A stretch of DNA of 64,000 nucleotides from Prochlorococcus sp. AG-355-J09 (GTDB taxonomy: Bacteria > Cyanobacteriota > Cyanobacteriia > PCC-6307 > Cyanobiaceae), in assembly GCA_003278735.1 (NCBI GenBank), contig QCDO01000009.1:1060-65059 (forward strand), written 5' to 3'. The position numbers and the translations under genes are program-made. Under the pieces are notes generated by a model. The model saw only the letters and a list, made by a program, of their open reading frames with translations, made no database searches and was not told the origin of the DNA. Below, piece by piece: positions 1 to 11,599 of the stretch (position 1 is its first letter; every line of letters starts with the position of its first letter).

Positions 1-422
1 CATCTGTTCCACCAGCACCTGCATTAATAGAAACTACTGCTCCTTCCTTATCGTATTCACCACATAACAATCTTTCAAATTCCCATTTATCCAAATTCTC
101 TCTTAATTTCTCTAATCCCAGTTGCGATTCTAAAATCATTTCCTCTTCAGGTTCTAGAGAATAAAGCTCAAGAGATGCATTAGCATCAGAAATAAAAGTT
201 TTCCATTTATCTAACAATTCTAGTTGTGCTTTGACATCATCAAGGATTAACATTTGCTTTTTAGCTTCTTCTTGATTTTGCCAAAATTCTTGCTGAGCAG
301 AAATTTGCTCTAACTCTTTCCTTTTCGCTTTTAATCTTGGAACGTCAAAGACAATCCTGAGCATTACCCAGGCGCTCTGTTAGTTCCGAAAGATCCTTTT
401 TGAAATCTGTAATATCTATCAA
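1..422 (-). CDS. prfB: Peptide chain release factor 2, N-terminal part. The gene runs off the left edge and is read in two frames joined by a programmed +1 frameshift.
   Basis: The minus-strand frame from 364 reads ..FDVPRLKAKRKELEQISAQQEFWQNQEEAKK...SINAGAGGTD, an RF2-like N-domain with the GAGGT(E/D) motif. The upstream frame from TTG 422 reads (M)IDITDFKKDLSELTERLGNAQDCL and then hits TGA within CTT TGA C. Confidence 0.85.
344..350 (-). promoter_or_regulatory. prfB: RF2 autoregulatory +1 frameshift site CTT TGA C, preceded by a Shine-Dalgarno-like AGGA
   Basis: The forward sequence gtcaaag at 344-350 is CTTTGAC on the minus strand. The 26-codon leader frame ends at this TGA, and the +1 frame continues as the RF2 body. 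Confidence 0.8.
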
Positions 423-498
423 AATAGAATTTAATCGTTATTTATAATCTAACAAGCACTTTTGTTTAATAGTATAAACTAAGTATTATTTTAAAAAA

Positions 499-753
499 AT
501 GTCCAAAGTTGAAATTTATACTTGGCAATATTGCCCATTCTGTATTCGAGCAAAATCACTACTAAAGAAAAAAAATGTAGATTTCGCAGAATATAAAATA
601 GATGGCGACGAAGATGCCAGAGCATTGATGATTGAAAGAGCTGATGGTAGAAGAACATTACCACAAATATTTATAGATAATGAGGGTATCGGAGGCTGCG
701 ATGATCTCTACGCATTAGAAAATGAAAATAAATTAGAAGCATTATTAAACTAG
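499..753 (+). CDS. grxC: Glutaredoxin (CPFC active site)
   Basis: 84 aa with [13 protein letters not shown] and the TLPQIFI..GGCDDL glutaredoxin signature. Confidence 0.9.
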   Translation: MSKVEIYTWQYCPFCIRAKSLLKKKNVDFAEYKIDGDEDARALMIERADGRRTLPQIFIDNEGIGGCDDLYALENENKLEALLN

Positions 754-758
754 ATCTT

Positions 759-1682
759 ATGAAATTTCTATTCGTAATAGATCCAATTAAAAATATAAAT
801 CCCTTAAAAGATTCAACTGCTGCTTTAATGCAAGCATCATCAAAAAAAAATATTGAAATCTGGAGTTGTACTCCTCAAGACCTTGAAGCTAGAGGTGATG
901 AAGTATGGGCATCTTCCATAAAAGTTGAAGTAATTCCATGGATTTCTTTCAAAGAGAATGATTGCATACCTCTCGCTGAATTTAATTGCATTTGGATGAG
1001 AAAAGATCCACCTGTAAATGAGGCTTATTTATATGCTACCCATCTTTTAGAAGTTGCCGAAAGAAAAGGAGTAAAAGTAATTAACAAACCCTCATCGTTA
1101 AGAGCCTGGAATGAAAAGCTAGGTGCTTTAAGATACAGCCACTTAATGGCACCTACAATAGTTGCGAGTAAGGTAAAAGATCTTATTAATTTTGCAAATA
1201 TAAATAATGAAGTAGTCATAAAACCTCTTGGAGGAAAAGGTGGTCAAGGTGTTATAAGGATAAATAAAAATTCTCCAGGAATTAAATCAATCATTGAATT
1301 AATCACTTCTCAAGAAGAATTACCCGTTATGATGCAAAAATTTATTCCTGAAGTCATAGAGGGTGATAAAAGAATAATTATCGTAAATGGAGAAGCAATT
1401 GGATCAATAAATAGGATTCCTCAAGGAGGCGATTTTAGGAGTAATTTAGCGATGGGAGGCAAGGCTGAACCCACATTATTAACAGAAAAAGAAAAAAGTA
1501 TCTGCTCAGAATTATCTCAACACTTCAAAGATGAGGGTTTATTTTTTGTAGGTATTGATGTAATAAATGGAATGCTTAGCGAGATTAATGTAACCAGTCC
1601 AACAGGCTTAAGAGAAATAGAAAATTTATCCAATAAGAATGTTTCAGCGGAAGTTATTAAAAAATTAGTAGAAATTATCTAG
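759..1682 (+). CDS. gshB: Glutathione synthetase (ATP-grasp)
   Basis: 307 aa with typical GshB motifs (MRKDPP, KPL.G.GG.GV, IIVNGE..G...[13 protein letters not shown]). It lies adjacent to grx. Confidence 0.9.
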   Translation: MKFLFVIDPIKNINPLKDSTAALMQASSKKNIEIWSCTPQDLEARGDEVWASSIKVEVIPWISFKENDCIPLAEFNCIWMRKDPPVNEAYLYATHLLEVAERKGVKVINKPSSLRAWNEKLGALRYSHLMAPTIVASKVKDLINFANINNEVVIKPLGGKGGQGVIRINKNSPGIKSIIELITSQEELPVMMQKFIPEVIEGDKRIIIVNGEAIGSINRIPQGGDFRSNLAMGGKAEPTLLTEKEKSICSELSQHFKDEGLFFVGIDVINGMLSEINVTSPTGLREIENLSNKNVSAEVIKKLVEII

Positions 1683-3087
1683 GATTTTTAGCGCAAAATA
1701 TCTGTTTTACTATAGATTCAAATTTTAATTTAATCTCATCTATTTCTTTCTCTAAAACGGAGCCTGAAACTATACCTGAACCTGCAGTAAATTCAATATT
1801 TTCTTCAAGAGATCTGGCGCCTCTTATTGTCAAAAGAAATGAAGCATTGCCTGATGAATCCACCCAACCCATTGGAGAAGCATAATTTCCCCTAGGAAAA
1901 GACTCAAGAGTGTTTATCCAATCCAATGCTGCATTTTTTGGGTATCCACAAACAGCCGGAGTTGGATGAAGGTTTTTAAGCAATTCAAAAGGACAAATAT
2001 TTTCAACCTTAGAGAAAATAAGTGTTTGCAAATGAGAAATATCTCCAAATGAATTTACCTTTATATCACTTTTTTTAAAGTTTGTTATTTTTGAAACTTC
2101 TAAAGATTTAATTAAATATTGTATTACATAATTATGTTCCTTTAAGTCTTTAGTACTTTTTAGGAGTTTCTTAAAATTTGAATTATTAGATATAGTTCCA
2201 GCAAGAGCCTCTAAAGTTAAATTGGGTTTAGAAAAAGAAAATAATTTTTCTGGAGATGCTCCAAACAAAATATCCTTATTATTCCTTTTCCAAACATATC
2301 TGCATGTATTTGGTTGATTTTTTTTAAATCTTTTTAAAATTTCTACTAAATCAAATTTATTTTTATGTTTTATTTTAATCCTATTCGCTAAAACTATCTT
2401 TTCGAGGATACCTTTCTCAACTAATTGAATTCCTCTATTAACTACTTTTTTCATATTTGTTTTAGAAGTTTCCAAGGAGCGCGAGAAATCATCAATAAAA
2501 GAGGAATCAAAACTATTCTTTAAGCCAGGTGATTTTATTAATTCCGACTCAGAATTAATAACTTTATTTCTAATTGTCCATATTTCTTCAATTAAAGTTC
2601 TTAATGATGATTTACCTTCAACGTGACCATTGATTCTTAACCAGCAATTCTTATCACTTCTAGTAATTAATATTTTTGGCAAGATGGCTTCCAAACTAGG
2701 GATATCTGAAGGTAAATTCTTATTATTCAAATTTTCAGAGAAAGAAAATAGATAAATTATTTTTGAAAGTGCAGAATTATGCGATTCATTAGTTAAGTTA
2801 ATTAAATTTTTAAAATTCTCAGAATTAAACTCTTTTGCTACATCAAATCTTTTTGGACCATCCAAAGTAACATATTTACACTTCTCGAAAGCTATATATG
2901 AAATGCCATCAGATTCCTCCCAAAATGAAGAAAACGGATATTTATTTATTAACAATTCATAAACTTGAAATAAATCAATACAAGGAATCTCAACACAAAT
3001 ACTTACTAACCCAGAATTTTCAACTTTCTTATCGAAAGAGGAAAATACATCTTTTAAAAAATCTGTTAAGTTTAAATCATTTTTCAT
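1675..3087 (-). CDS. menF: Isochorismate synthase (phylloquinone pathway)
   Basis: 470 aa with a chorismate-binding C-terminal domain (HPTPAVCG.P...A, RG.Y..P.GW.D..G). It diverges from menA-menC-menE. Confidence 0.8.
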   Translation of the reverse strand: MKNDLNLTDFLKDVFSSFDKKVENSGLVSICVEIPCIDLFQVYELLINKYPFSSFWEESDGISYIAFEKCKYVTLDGPKRFDVAKEFNSENFKNLINLTNESHNSALSKIIYLFSFSENLNNKNLPSDIPSLEAILPKILITRSDKNCWLRINGHVEGKSSLRTLIEEIWTIRNKVINSESELIKSPGLKNSFDSSFIDDFSRSLETSKTNMKKVVNRGIQLVEKGILEKIVLANRIKIKHKNKFDLVEILKRFKKNQPNTCRYVWKRNNKDILFGASPEKLFSFSKPNLTLEALAGTISNNSNFKKLLKSTKDLKEHNYVIQYLIKSLEVSKITNFKKSDIKVNSFGDISHLQTLIFSKVENICPFELLKNLHPTPAVCGYPKNAALDWINTLESFPRGNYASPMGWVDSSGNASFLLTIRGARSLEENIEFTAGSGIVSGSVLEKEIDEIKLKFESIVKQIFCAKNPR

Positions 3088-3188
3088 TACTTATTGAAAA
3101 TAACTAAAAATCATGCAATAAAGTAAAAAATGTAACTCAATTTATAAACTACATTTAATAATTATCGAATTTTGTGTGTTAATTAAAA

Positions 3189-4106
3189 ATGGAAGAAGAT
3201 AAAAAAAAATTATGGAAACAAGCAATAAAATGGCCCCTTTATTCTGTTGCCATACTTCCAGTTTTAATAACAGGGGCTTATTTGCTAAATCTATATGAAA
3301 AGGTAAAAATTTATAATTTGATTGCATTTACTTTAGCCGCAATTTTGATATTACTTTGGGAAAATCTAACTAATGATTTATTCGACGCAGAAACAGGAAT
3401 CGATGAATTTAAATTCCATTCAATTGTAAATCTTGTAAAAAATAAAAAAATAATTTCATTTATTGCATATACATCTTTAGTTATTGGCTTATTAATAATT
3501 TCAATTATTTCAGTATCAACAAGTATAAACATTTTAATTTTGGTGGCAGCTTGCTGCTTCTTAGGATATTTATATCAAGGTCCTCCTTTTAGATTTGGCT
3601 ATAAAGGTTTAGGAGAACCATTATGCTGGCTTGCATTTGGACCTTTTGCTTACTCTGCAGTCTTAATTGCGTTAAATCCATCTAATATTTACTTTGAAGA
3701 TATTCCATGGAAAGTTTCTTTATTACTTAGTTCAGGACCTTCCTTGGCAACAACTCTTGTATTATTTTGTTCTCATTTTCATCAAATTTCTGAAGATAAA
3801 AAGCATGGAAAAAATTCACCTTTAGTTCGCTTAGGGGCAAAAAAAGGTTCTCAATTTGTGCCTTGGATAATTTTTACAATATATATTTTTCAACTTTTCA
3901 CTATAGTTAATGGATTTATTCCAGTGTTTTGTATCCTTTATTTGATTAGTTTCCCTCAAGCAATAAGACTTATAAATTTATTAAAATCTTCATATAAAAA
4001 ACCTAGTGCAATAAAAAATTGTAAATTCATCGCAATAAAATTTCAAACTCTTAATGGAGTTGGCTTAATCACAGGATTAATATTTAATTACTTGCTTAAT
4101 AAATGA
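3189..4106 (+). CDS. menA: 1,4-dihydroxy-2-naphthoate phytyltransferase (UbiA family)
   Basis: 305 aa polytopic membrane protein with the UbiA-type NDLFDAETGID motif, located in the men cluster. Confidence 0.85.
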   Translation: MEEDKKKLWKQAIKWPLYSVAILPVLITGAYLLNLYEKVKIYNLIAFTLAAILILLWENLTNDLFDAETGIDEFKFHSIVNLVKNKKIISFIAYTSLVIGLLIISIISVSTSINILILVAACCFLGYLYQGPPFRFGYKGLGEPLCWLAFGPFAYSAVLIALNPSNIYFEDIPWKVSLLLSSGPSLATTLVLFCSHFHQISEDKKHGKNSPLVRLGAKKGSQFVPWIIFTIYIFQLFTIVNGFIPVFCILYLISFPQAIRLINLLKSSYKKPSAIKNCKFIAIKFQTLNGVGLITGLIFNYLLNK

Positions 4107-5068
4107 ACTTAATATTTCAAAAAAAATCTTATAGTTTTAAGTTATCCGCCAAAGTAGAAAATTCTAAAACCACTTACCATACAAAATCGGGGTGGATAAT
4201 TAAATTAATAAGTAATGATAAAAAAATTGGGTTTGGAGAAGTTTCACCGCTTCATAAAGAAGACCTAAAAAAGTGTGCGAAACAACTAGATATGATCCCT
4301 TCGTATGTAGAAGTATTGAATTTATCTGAGCAAATAAATATTTTTCACCCATGCATTCAATCTGCAATAAATTCTGCATTAGCCGAAATAAATGGAAAAA
4401 TAATTTTTAAAGAAAAATACTACTTTGATAAAATTGATAAAACAGCCATATTGTTAAATCATGAAAATGTAGTTTCAGATCTAAATGAAATTAAAAAAAG
4501 ACAATCTGATATTGGAAAATCATTAACCATAAAATGGAAAGTAGCATTAAAAAATAATCATGAGGAAGAAGCAAGTTTAGAAGAAATTTTAAGCCAAATA
4601 GGCAACAATATTAAGTTAAGAATAGATGCTAATGGTTCTTGGGGAAGAGAGATAGCTAATAGATGGGCTGATATTTTGAAGGATAACAAAAATGTAGATT
4701 GGTTAGAACAACCTCTCTGTGTTGATGATATTGATGGACTCACAGAACTCAACAAAAAAATCCCTATAGCCTTAGACGAATCACTTTTAAAATTTCCAAA
4801 TTTGATTGATGAGTGGAAAGGTTGGCAAATTAGAAGGCCTTCTCAAGAAAATAATCCTGTTAAACTTTTAAGAGAATTAGAAAATAAAAAAGCTTTAATA
4901 TCTATAAGTACCTCATTTGAAACTGGTATAGGGAAGAGATGGCTTTATCATTTATCGTCTCTACAATTACAGGGACCAACTCCAAAAGTTCCTGGTTTAG
5001 CAATTAATAAATTCCCTAATTCTTTTCTATTTTTAAATGAAGCAAAAAAGATATGGGATCAACTATGA
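4103..5068 (+). CDS. menC: o-Succinylbenzoate synthase (enolase superfamily)
   Basis: 321 aa with the pattern KLRIDANGSW...LEQP...ALDES. It has an ATGA overlap with menA. Confidence 0.75.
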   Translation: MNLIFQKKSYSFKLSAKVENSKTTYHTKSGWIIKLISNDKKIGFGEVSPLHKEDLKKCAKQLDMIPSYVEVLNLSEQINIFHPCIQSAINSALAEINGKIIFKEKYYFDKIDKTAILLNHENVVSDLNEIKKRQSDIGKSLTIKWKVALKNNHEEEASLEEILSQIGNNIKLRIDANGSWGREIANRWADILKDNKNVDWLEQPLCVDDIDGLTELNKKIPIALDESLLKFPNLIDEWKGWQIRRPSQENNPVKLLRELENKKALISISTSFETGIGKRWLYHLSSLQLQGPTPKVPGLAINKFPNSFLFLNEAKKIWDQL

Positions 5069-6267
5069 AAAATAAAATTCATACTATTGAAGTGGAAAAT
5101 AACGAAACTCAATCTGTAGAGAAAATTATTGAAAAAATTAGAGAGAATAAAATTATTTATATAAAAAACAAATTTTATGAAGACAAAGATGTATTAAATT
5201 CAATTACTGAAAATGGGCCAGCAATTATCTTAAACAGTAGTGGGAGTTCTGGAAAACCGAGACAATGTTTTCACCATTTAGATAATCTTAAATTATCTGC
5301 AATTACATCAGGTCAATGGCTAATAGAGCAAGGATTTGAATTGCAAAACTGCTTAATTTTAAATACTTTACCACTGAACCATATAAGTGGATTAATGCCA
5401 ATTTTTAGAAGTCAAACTTGGGGATGTGATTGTATTAATATTTCTCCGAATTTGTTAAAAAAAACTAGAGAACTTTTACTTTTTACAATTAAATTTAAAA
5501 AAAACAAAAAACACTTGATTACGTCATTAGTACCTACCCAATTACAAAGACTTTTAGCGCAAAAAGATGGAATTAGTTGGCTAAAAATTTTTGATCTAAT
5601 TTGGGTAGGTGGAGCTTCAATTTCAGACGCAACTGCAGAACAATGTATAAAAGAAAAAATAAAATTAGCACCTTGTTACGGGTCAACTGAAACTGCAGCA
5701 ATGGTTACGAGTTTAAAACCAAAAGAATTCTTAATGGGTTTTAAAAATGTTGGAGAAATACTACCTGATACAAACATAAGAATTAACGCACAAGGATTAA
5801 TCGAGATAAAATCAGCAAGAATTGGAATCGAAATAATAGACTCTTTAAAAACTAAAAATTTCACAAATAAAAATGGGTGGTGGCAAACAAGTGATTTAGG
5901 TGAAATTAATCAAATCAATAATTCTTTCTATTTAAACTTTGTTGGAAGAAATGATAATGCCTTTAATTCAGGAGGAGAAATCGTTTTCCCTGAAGTAATT
6001 GAATCTAGATTAAATGATTTCATTATTAAAGAAAATATCCCAATTAATAAATTCAATATTTCTAAAGTATCTAACAAATTATGGGAAAATAAAATTAAAG
6101 TAATAGTTGAATTTAGAGAACTTACTAATAATAAAAATATTGAAATTTCTTTAAATTTATTAAAAAAATTTTCTCAAAGTTGGCCTAAACATGAAAAGCC
6201 TGAAAAGTGGATTGTTAAAAACAAAAATAGCATTGCAGAAAAAATAAACTATAAATTTAAAAAATAA
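5053..6267 (+). CDS. menE: o-Succinylbenzoate-CoA ligase (adenylate-forming)
   Basis: 404 aa with an AMP-binding-like SSGSSGKPR and YGSTET motifs. It overlaps menC by 16 nt. Confidence 0.75.
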   Translation: MGSTMKNKIHTIEVENNETQSVEKIIEKIRENKIIYIKNKFYEDKDVLNSITENGPAIILNSSGSSGKPRQCFHHLDNLKLSAITSGQWLIEQGFELQNCLILNTLPLNHISGLMPIFRSQTWGCDCINISPNLLKKTRELLLFTIKFKKNKKHLITSLVPTQLQRLLAQKDGISWLKIFDLIWVGGASISDATAEQCIKEKIKLAPCYGSTETAAMVTSLKPKEFLMGFKNVGEILPDTNIRINAQGLIEIKSARIGIEIIDSLKTKNFTNKNGWWQTSDLGEINQINNSFYLNFVGRNDNAFNSGGEIVFPEVIESRLNDFIIKENIPINKFNISKVSNKLWENKIKVIVEFRELTNNKNIEISLNLLKKFSQSWPKHEKPEKWIVKNKNSIAEKINYKFKK

Positions 6268-6270
6268 TCA

Positions 6271-6723
<453 letters not shown>

Positions 6724-6732
6724 TTAAAGAAA

Positions 6733-7920
6733 TTATCTATCAACAGATCCCATAATGACATCTATTGAACCAAGGATTGCCATAATATCAGCGATTTTGG
6801 CACCTTTAAGAATATGAGGCAATATTTGCAGATTATTTAAATCAGCTGCTCTGATTTTAAATCTCCATGGGGTAACTTCATTATTTCCTTGAATAAATAC
6901 ACCTATTTCTCCCTTGCCGGACTCTAATCTTGTATATAATTCTCCGTTAGGAATTTTAAAAGTTGGAGCAACCTTCTTAGCTACATATTGATAGTCGATA
7001 CCAAAGATTTCACTTTTCTTATCTTCAGTCGCCATTCTTTGAGCTTCTAAATTTTCTGTTGGACCTCCTGGAATCATTTTGCAAGCTTGGCGAATGATGC
7101 TTAGTGATTGTCTCATCTCTTCAACTCTTACTCGATATCTCGCATAACAATCTCCTTCTTTTTCTGAAGCAATCTGCCAATCAAAATCGTCATAACATTC
7201 ATAACTATCGACTTTCCTTAAATCCCAGGAAACTCCAGAAGCTCTAAGCATTGGGCCAGACAAAGACCAATTAATTGCCTGGTCTCTTTGTATTGTTCCT
7301 AGACCTTCAATTCTTTTTCTAAAAATTGGATTATTTGTGATTAATTTTTCGTATTCATCTATCTTAGGACCGAACCAATCGCAAAAGTCTATACATTTTT
7401 CTAACCATCCGTATGGGAGATCACATGCAACACCGCCTATTCTAAAAAAATTATTATTTATTAGCCTTTGTCCAGTAGCAGCTTCCCAGAGATCATAGAT
7501 CATCTCTCTTTCTCTAAAAATATAGAAAAATGGAGTTTGAGCTCCTACGTCTGCTAAAAAGGGACCAAGCCATAAAAGATGATTAGCAATACGATTCAGT
7601 TCGAGCATAAGGACTCTGATGTAACTAGCTCTTTTGGGAACTGGAATATTAGCTAATCTTTCAGGAGCATTTACTACAATAGCTTCATAAAACATTCCTG
7701 CTGCGTAATCCATTCTGCTTACATAAGGGACATACATTACATTTGTCCTATTTTCAGCTATCTTTTCCATTCCTCTATGTAAATATCCAATTACTGGCTC
7801 ACAATCAATGACATTCTCACCATCAAGAGTTACAACTAACCTTAAAACCCCATGCATTGAGGGATGATGAGGGCCAAAATTGACAACCATTGGTTCTGTT
7901 CTAGTCTCTAGCTGAGCCAT
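6733..7920 (-). CDS. ndhH: NAD(P)H-quinone oxidoreductase subunit H
   Basis: 395 aa with strongly conserved NdhH/NuoD sequence ([30 protein letters not shown]-terminus). Confidence 0.95.
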
Positions 7921-7958
7921 TCAAAATTTAAGTTCTAAATAAATCTTAGTCGAAAGTT

Positions 7959-8861
7959 ATGCAAACTGACCTATCTGATTCATCTTTTTTCAATCATCAA
8001 TCAGTTATGACAGATGAGATTATGGCCTCATTAGAGCATTACCCACTTATACATAACAATCAACTTAAGGGAATAGACGCAACTTTAGGCGGAGGCGGAC
8101 ACTCTTATCATTTATTGAGAAAATATTCGGATTTAAATATAATTGGACTTGATCAAGATCCATTCGCTAGAAAGTCAGCATTAAAAAAACTTGATGAGTT
8201 TAAAAGTAGGATTGATATAAGGGCTTCAAATTTTGCGGATTTTGTACCAAAAGAAAAAGTTTCTTTTGTGATTGCAGATCTTGGAGTAAATAGTAACCAA
8301 CTTGATGACCCTAAAAGAGGATTTAGCTTCCAAAAAGATGGTCCGCTTGATATGCGCATGAATCCTTTTCTTGATGTTGATGCAGAGAAATTAATTGAGG
8401 CTTTAAATGAAAAAGATTTAGCTAACCTGATCTATAAATATGGAGATGAGAGATTATCAAGAAAGATTGCGCGGAAAATAAAATTGGATTTAAAGGAAAA
8501 TGGGAAATATTCTGGGACAAAAGAGTTAGCTTATTCTATTGCAGGCTGCTTCCCACCAAAACAAAGATATAAAAAAATACATCCAGCAACAAGAACATTT
8601 CAAGCTCTAAGAATTGCTGTTAATAAAGAAATTGAGGTATTAGAAAATTTTTTGCAAATTGTACCTGAATGGCTTTTGCCAGGGGGTATTGTTTCTATTA
8701 TTAGTTTTCATTCCCTTGAGGATAGGTTAGTTAAAAGTTGTTTTAAGAATGATCAAAGACTAAAAAATCTGACAAAAAAGCCAATAACTCCTTCCGAACA
8801 AGAAGTCGAACTTAATAAAAGAGCTAGAAGTGGAAAATTAAGAATTGCTCAATTAAATTAA
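7959..8861 (+). CDS. rsmH: 16S rRNA (cytosine1402-N4)-methyltransferase
   Basis: 300 aa with the motifs DATLGGGGHS, DLGVNSNQLD..RGFSF, HPATRTFQALRI and ISFHSLEDR. Confidence 0.9.
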   Translation: MQTDLSDSSFFNHQSVMTDEIMASLEHYPLIHNNQLKGIDATLGGGGHSYHLLRKYSDLNIIGLDQDPFARKSALKKLDEFKSRIDIRASNFADFVPKEKVSFVIADLGVNSNQLDDPKRGFSFQKDGPLDMRMNPFLDVDAEKLIEALNEKDLANLIYKYGDERLSRKIARKIKLDLKENGKYSGTKELAYSIAGCFPPKQRYKKIHPATRTFQALRIAVNKEIEVLENFLQIVPEWLLPGGIVSIISFHSLEDRLVKSCFKNDQRLKNLTKKPITPSEQEVELNKRARSGKLRIAQLN

Positions 8862-8874
8862 AAGCCAATAATTT

Positions 8875-10020
8875 CTATCGTAATGATCTGATCGTATTTG
8901 TAAGAATATTAATTGCTTCTTTTATATCTTTAGCATTAGTGCTTAATCCAATACTTAACCTTATTGAAGATTCTGCTTCTTTAAATGATCTACCCAAGGC
9001 TAGTAAAACATGAGATGGTTCACCATTACTGCATGCAGATCCACTAGAACAAATTATTTTAGATTTTAAAAGTTTGTGAAACTTTGCTCCGTTTAAATCC
9101 AATACAGTCAAATTTAAATTGTGAGGTAATCTTTTTTCTATGGAGCCATTAATTAATAAGCCAGAATTATTTTTTAACAAACCCTCTAAAAGGTTATTTC
9201 TATGAAAAAGTAATTTCTCAGCATTATTTTTTTGATTAAGAACTGCTATCTCTATTGCTTTAGCAAAGCCAACTACTAAAGGAAGAGGTAATGTGCCAGA
9301 CCTAAGACCATATTCCTGACCTCCTCCAACAATTAAAGGCTCAAGATTAATTTCTTCATCAATCAAAAGAAGTCCTATCCCTTTAGGACCATATATTTTG
9401 TGAGAACTAATCGTTATCATGTTTACATCTGATAAAAGATTGTCTAACACCATATAACCTAAACATTGTGCAAAATCAGAGTGAAATGTTATTCCTCTCG
9501 ATTTACATATCTTTGAAATATTTTCTATGGGCTGAATAACTCCTATTTCGTTATTTGCCAACATGACACTAACCAGAAATGTATCTTCTCTTATATTTTT
9601 TTTGAATTGTTCTTCTGAAATTAAGCCATCTTTCTCAGGATTAATTTCTGTAACCATAAATCCCTCTTTTTTTAGTTGGTTTAGGGGCTCCAAAACAGCT
9701 TTATGCTCCGTTTTTAAGGTAATGATATGTCCATAATTTCCTGTGTTTTTATAGAAATTTCTAGCAAAACCTAATAAGGCTAAGTTATTAGATTCAGTTG
9801 CCCCACTTGTAAAAATAACTTTTTTATTCTTAAGAAATAAATTTTGTTCTATTTTTTCTCTTGAGGCTTCCAATACAGCGCTTGCGTTAATCCCCGCCAA
9901 ATTAGATTTGCTTGCAGGGTTAGAAAATATCTCACTCCAAAAAGGTTTCATAGAATCAACAACATCTTTAGAGCAAGGAGTCGAAGATTGATAGTCTAGT
10001 AGTATGGGAGTTGATAGCAT
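8875..10020 (-). CDS. Cysteine desulfurase (class V aminotransferase, NifS/IscS-like)
   Basis: 381 aa with the PLP-lysine motif SSHKIYGPKGIG and the active-site region SSGSACS. Confidence 0.8.
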   Translation of the reverse strand: MLSTPILLDYQSSTPCSKDVVDSMKPFWSEIFSNPASKSNLAGINASAVLEASREKIEQNLFLKNKKVIFTSGATESNNLALLGFARNFYKNTGNYGHIITLKTEHKAVLEPLNQLKKEGFMVTEINPEKDGLISEEQFKKNIREDTFLVSVMLANNEIGVIQPIENISKICKSRGITFHSDFAQCLGYMVLDNLLSDVNMITISSHKIYGPKGIGLLLIDEEINLEPLIVGGGQEYGLRSGTLPLPLVVGFAKAIEIAVLNQKNNAEKLLFHRNNLLEGLLKNNSGLLINGSIEKRLPHNLNLTVLDLNGAKFHKLLKSKIICSSGSACSNGEPSHVLLALGRSFKEAESSIRLSIGLSTNAKDIKEAINILTNTIRSLR

Positions 10021-10078
10021 TATGTTTAGTATATAAAATTCTGTTTATTGCTAAAAATCAAATTAAAGAATTTAAAAA

Positions 10079-10807
10079 ATGAATGAAATTAATCAAATAA
10101 ATAATGAACCGGTAAGAAAATCAAGAATTTTATTAGTTGATGATGAGCCTGGTTTAAGAACAGCTGTTAAAACATTTCTAGAAGATGAAGGCTTTGAAAT
10201 ATTTATTGCAGTTGATGGAGAGGATGGTTGGGAAAAAGCTCAAACAATTTTCCCCGATTTGATAATTAGCGATGTAATGATGCCCCGAGCCAACGGTTAT
10301 GCTTTATTAGAAAAAATTAGAGAGGATGAAAAATTAGGAGGAACTCCAGTTATTTTTCTAACCGCAAAAGGAATGACCCTAGACAGAACCGAAGGTTATC
10401 TTGCAGGAGTTGATGATTATATTTCCAAACCTTTCGATCCCGATGAATTAGCAGCAAGAGTTAAAAATGTAATAAACAGACAAGAACGTTTACTAAAAGA
10501 AGCTGCAAGATTCGCAGATATTGATGTAAGCAAAATGGCAAAACAAATTACTGAAATAAAATTTATGCTCACAGACCAAAACCAGACTAATCCAGAAAAT
10601 AAAATAAATCTTCCTAGTTTTACGCCAAGAGAAGCAAGTGTGCTTCAACTAGTAGCAGAGGGACTGATGAACAAGGAAATTGCAAGACAGCTTGAAACGT
10701 CTATTAGAAATGTTGAGAAATATGTAAGTAGACTTTTTATCAAGACAGGTACATCTAGCCGAACAGAATTAGTTCGTTATGCACTTGAAAATCATTTAGT
10801 AAAATAA
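10079..10807 (+). CDS. Two-component response regulator, NarL/LuxR-type output domain
   Basis: 242 aa with a REC domain (LLVDDEPG...SDVMMP...TAKG) and a C-terminal LuxR HTH (TPREASVLQLVAEGLMNKEIA). Confidence 0.85.
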   Translation: MNEINQINNEPVRKSRILLVDDEPGLRTAVKTFLEDEGFEIFIAVDGEDGWEKAQTIFPDLIISDVMMPRANGYALLEKIREDEKLGGTPVIFLTAKGMTLDRTEGYLAGVDDYISKPFDPDELAARVKNVINRQERLLKEAARFADIDVSKMAKQITEIKFMLTDQNQTNPENKINLPSFTPREASVLQLVAEGLMNKEIARQLETSIRNVEKYVSRLFIKTGTSSRTELVRYALENHLVK

Positions 10808-10808
10808 A

Positions 10809-11510
10809 CTACTTAATTTTTTCGAATTCAATTAGTTTTGAAAAGTAAAAAGGAGCTTGATTTAATTTCTTTTTAACAACTTTAAATCCTCTTTCTTTAG
10901 CAGCATTAATAATACCCATTTCTTTCAATGTATATGCCCTTGTAGTTTTACTTGGCCCAGGAAATAATTTTCCAATATTTTTTAGAACAGCAAGAACAGG
11001 AGTATAAGGAGCAAAGCTAACGATTAGTTTTTCTTTGCTTAAATCGCATAAATGTTGAACCATTTCTTCTGCGACCGGTTGAGGATAATGAATAAATACA
11101 TCCAAACAAATTACAACATCAAATAATCCTTTTAATTTTTCCAGATCACAGACTTCATATTTAATTTTACCTTGACTCAAACCTAATTCATGAATGCGTT
11201 TTTTTGTTTCTTTAATCATTTCAGAAGAAATATCGCTCACCTGTAGTTCTTTTATACCGAGTCTTAATAAAGGTATGGAAAGACTTCCTACACCACAGCC
11301 TGCATCACAATAACTTTTTTTTGTTAGTTCAGGATAATTTTTGATGTATGAGACTACATCATCTACAGTTTTTTGATGTCCTTTCCTAATATTTTTCTGA
11401 ACTGTATTAATTTCATCAGATTTGCTATAAATTTTATTCCACCTTTCAAAGCCAATACCATTAAAGTACTCCTTAACTTCACTTTTTTCGATAATCTTAT
11501 TTGACGTCAT
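10809..11510 (-). CDS. chlM: Mg-protoporphyrin IX methyltransferase
   Basis: 233 aa with a SAM-binding DAGCGVGSLSIPL motif and the ChlM-type N-terminus (VKEYFN..GFERWNKIY). Confidence 0.85.
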   Translation of the reverse strand: MTSNKIIEKSEVKEYFNGIGFERWNKIYSKSDEINTVQKNIRKGHQKTVDDVVSYIKNYPELTKKSYCDAGCGVGSLSIPLLRLGIKELQVSDISSEMIKETKKRIHELGLSQGKIKYEVCDLEKLKGLFDVVICLDVFIHYPQPVAEEMVQHLCDLSKEKLIVSFAPYTPVLAVLKNIGKLFPGPSKTTRAYTLKEMGIINAAKERGFKVVKKKLNQAPFYFSKLIEFEKIK

Positions 11511-11599
11511 AATATTCTTTGAAAATTTATTCTTTTTATACTAACTAACTGGCGTCAAATTAATTGCGCGCCATTATAGGAAAGAATTGATTTGTTATT

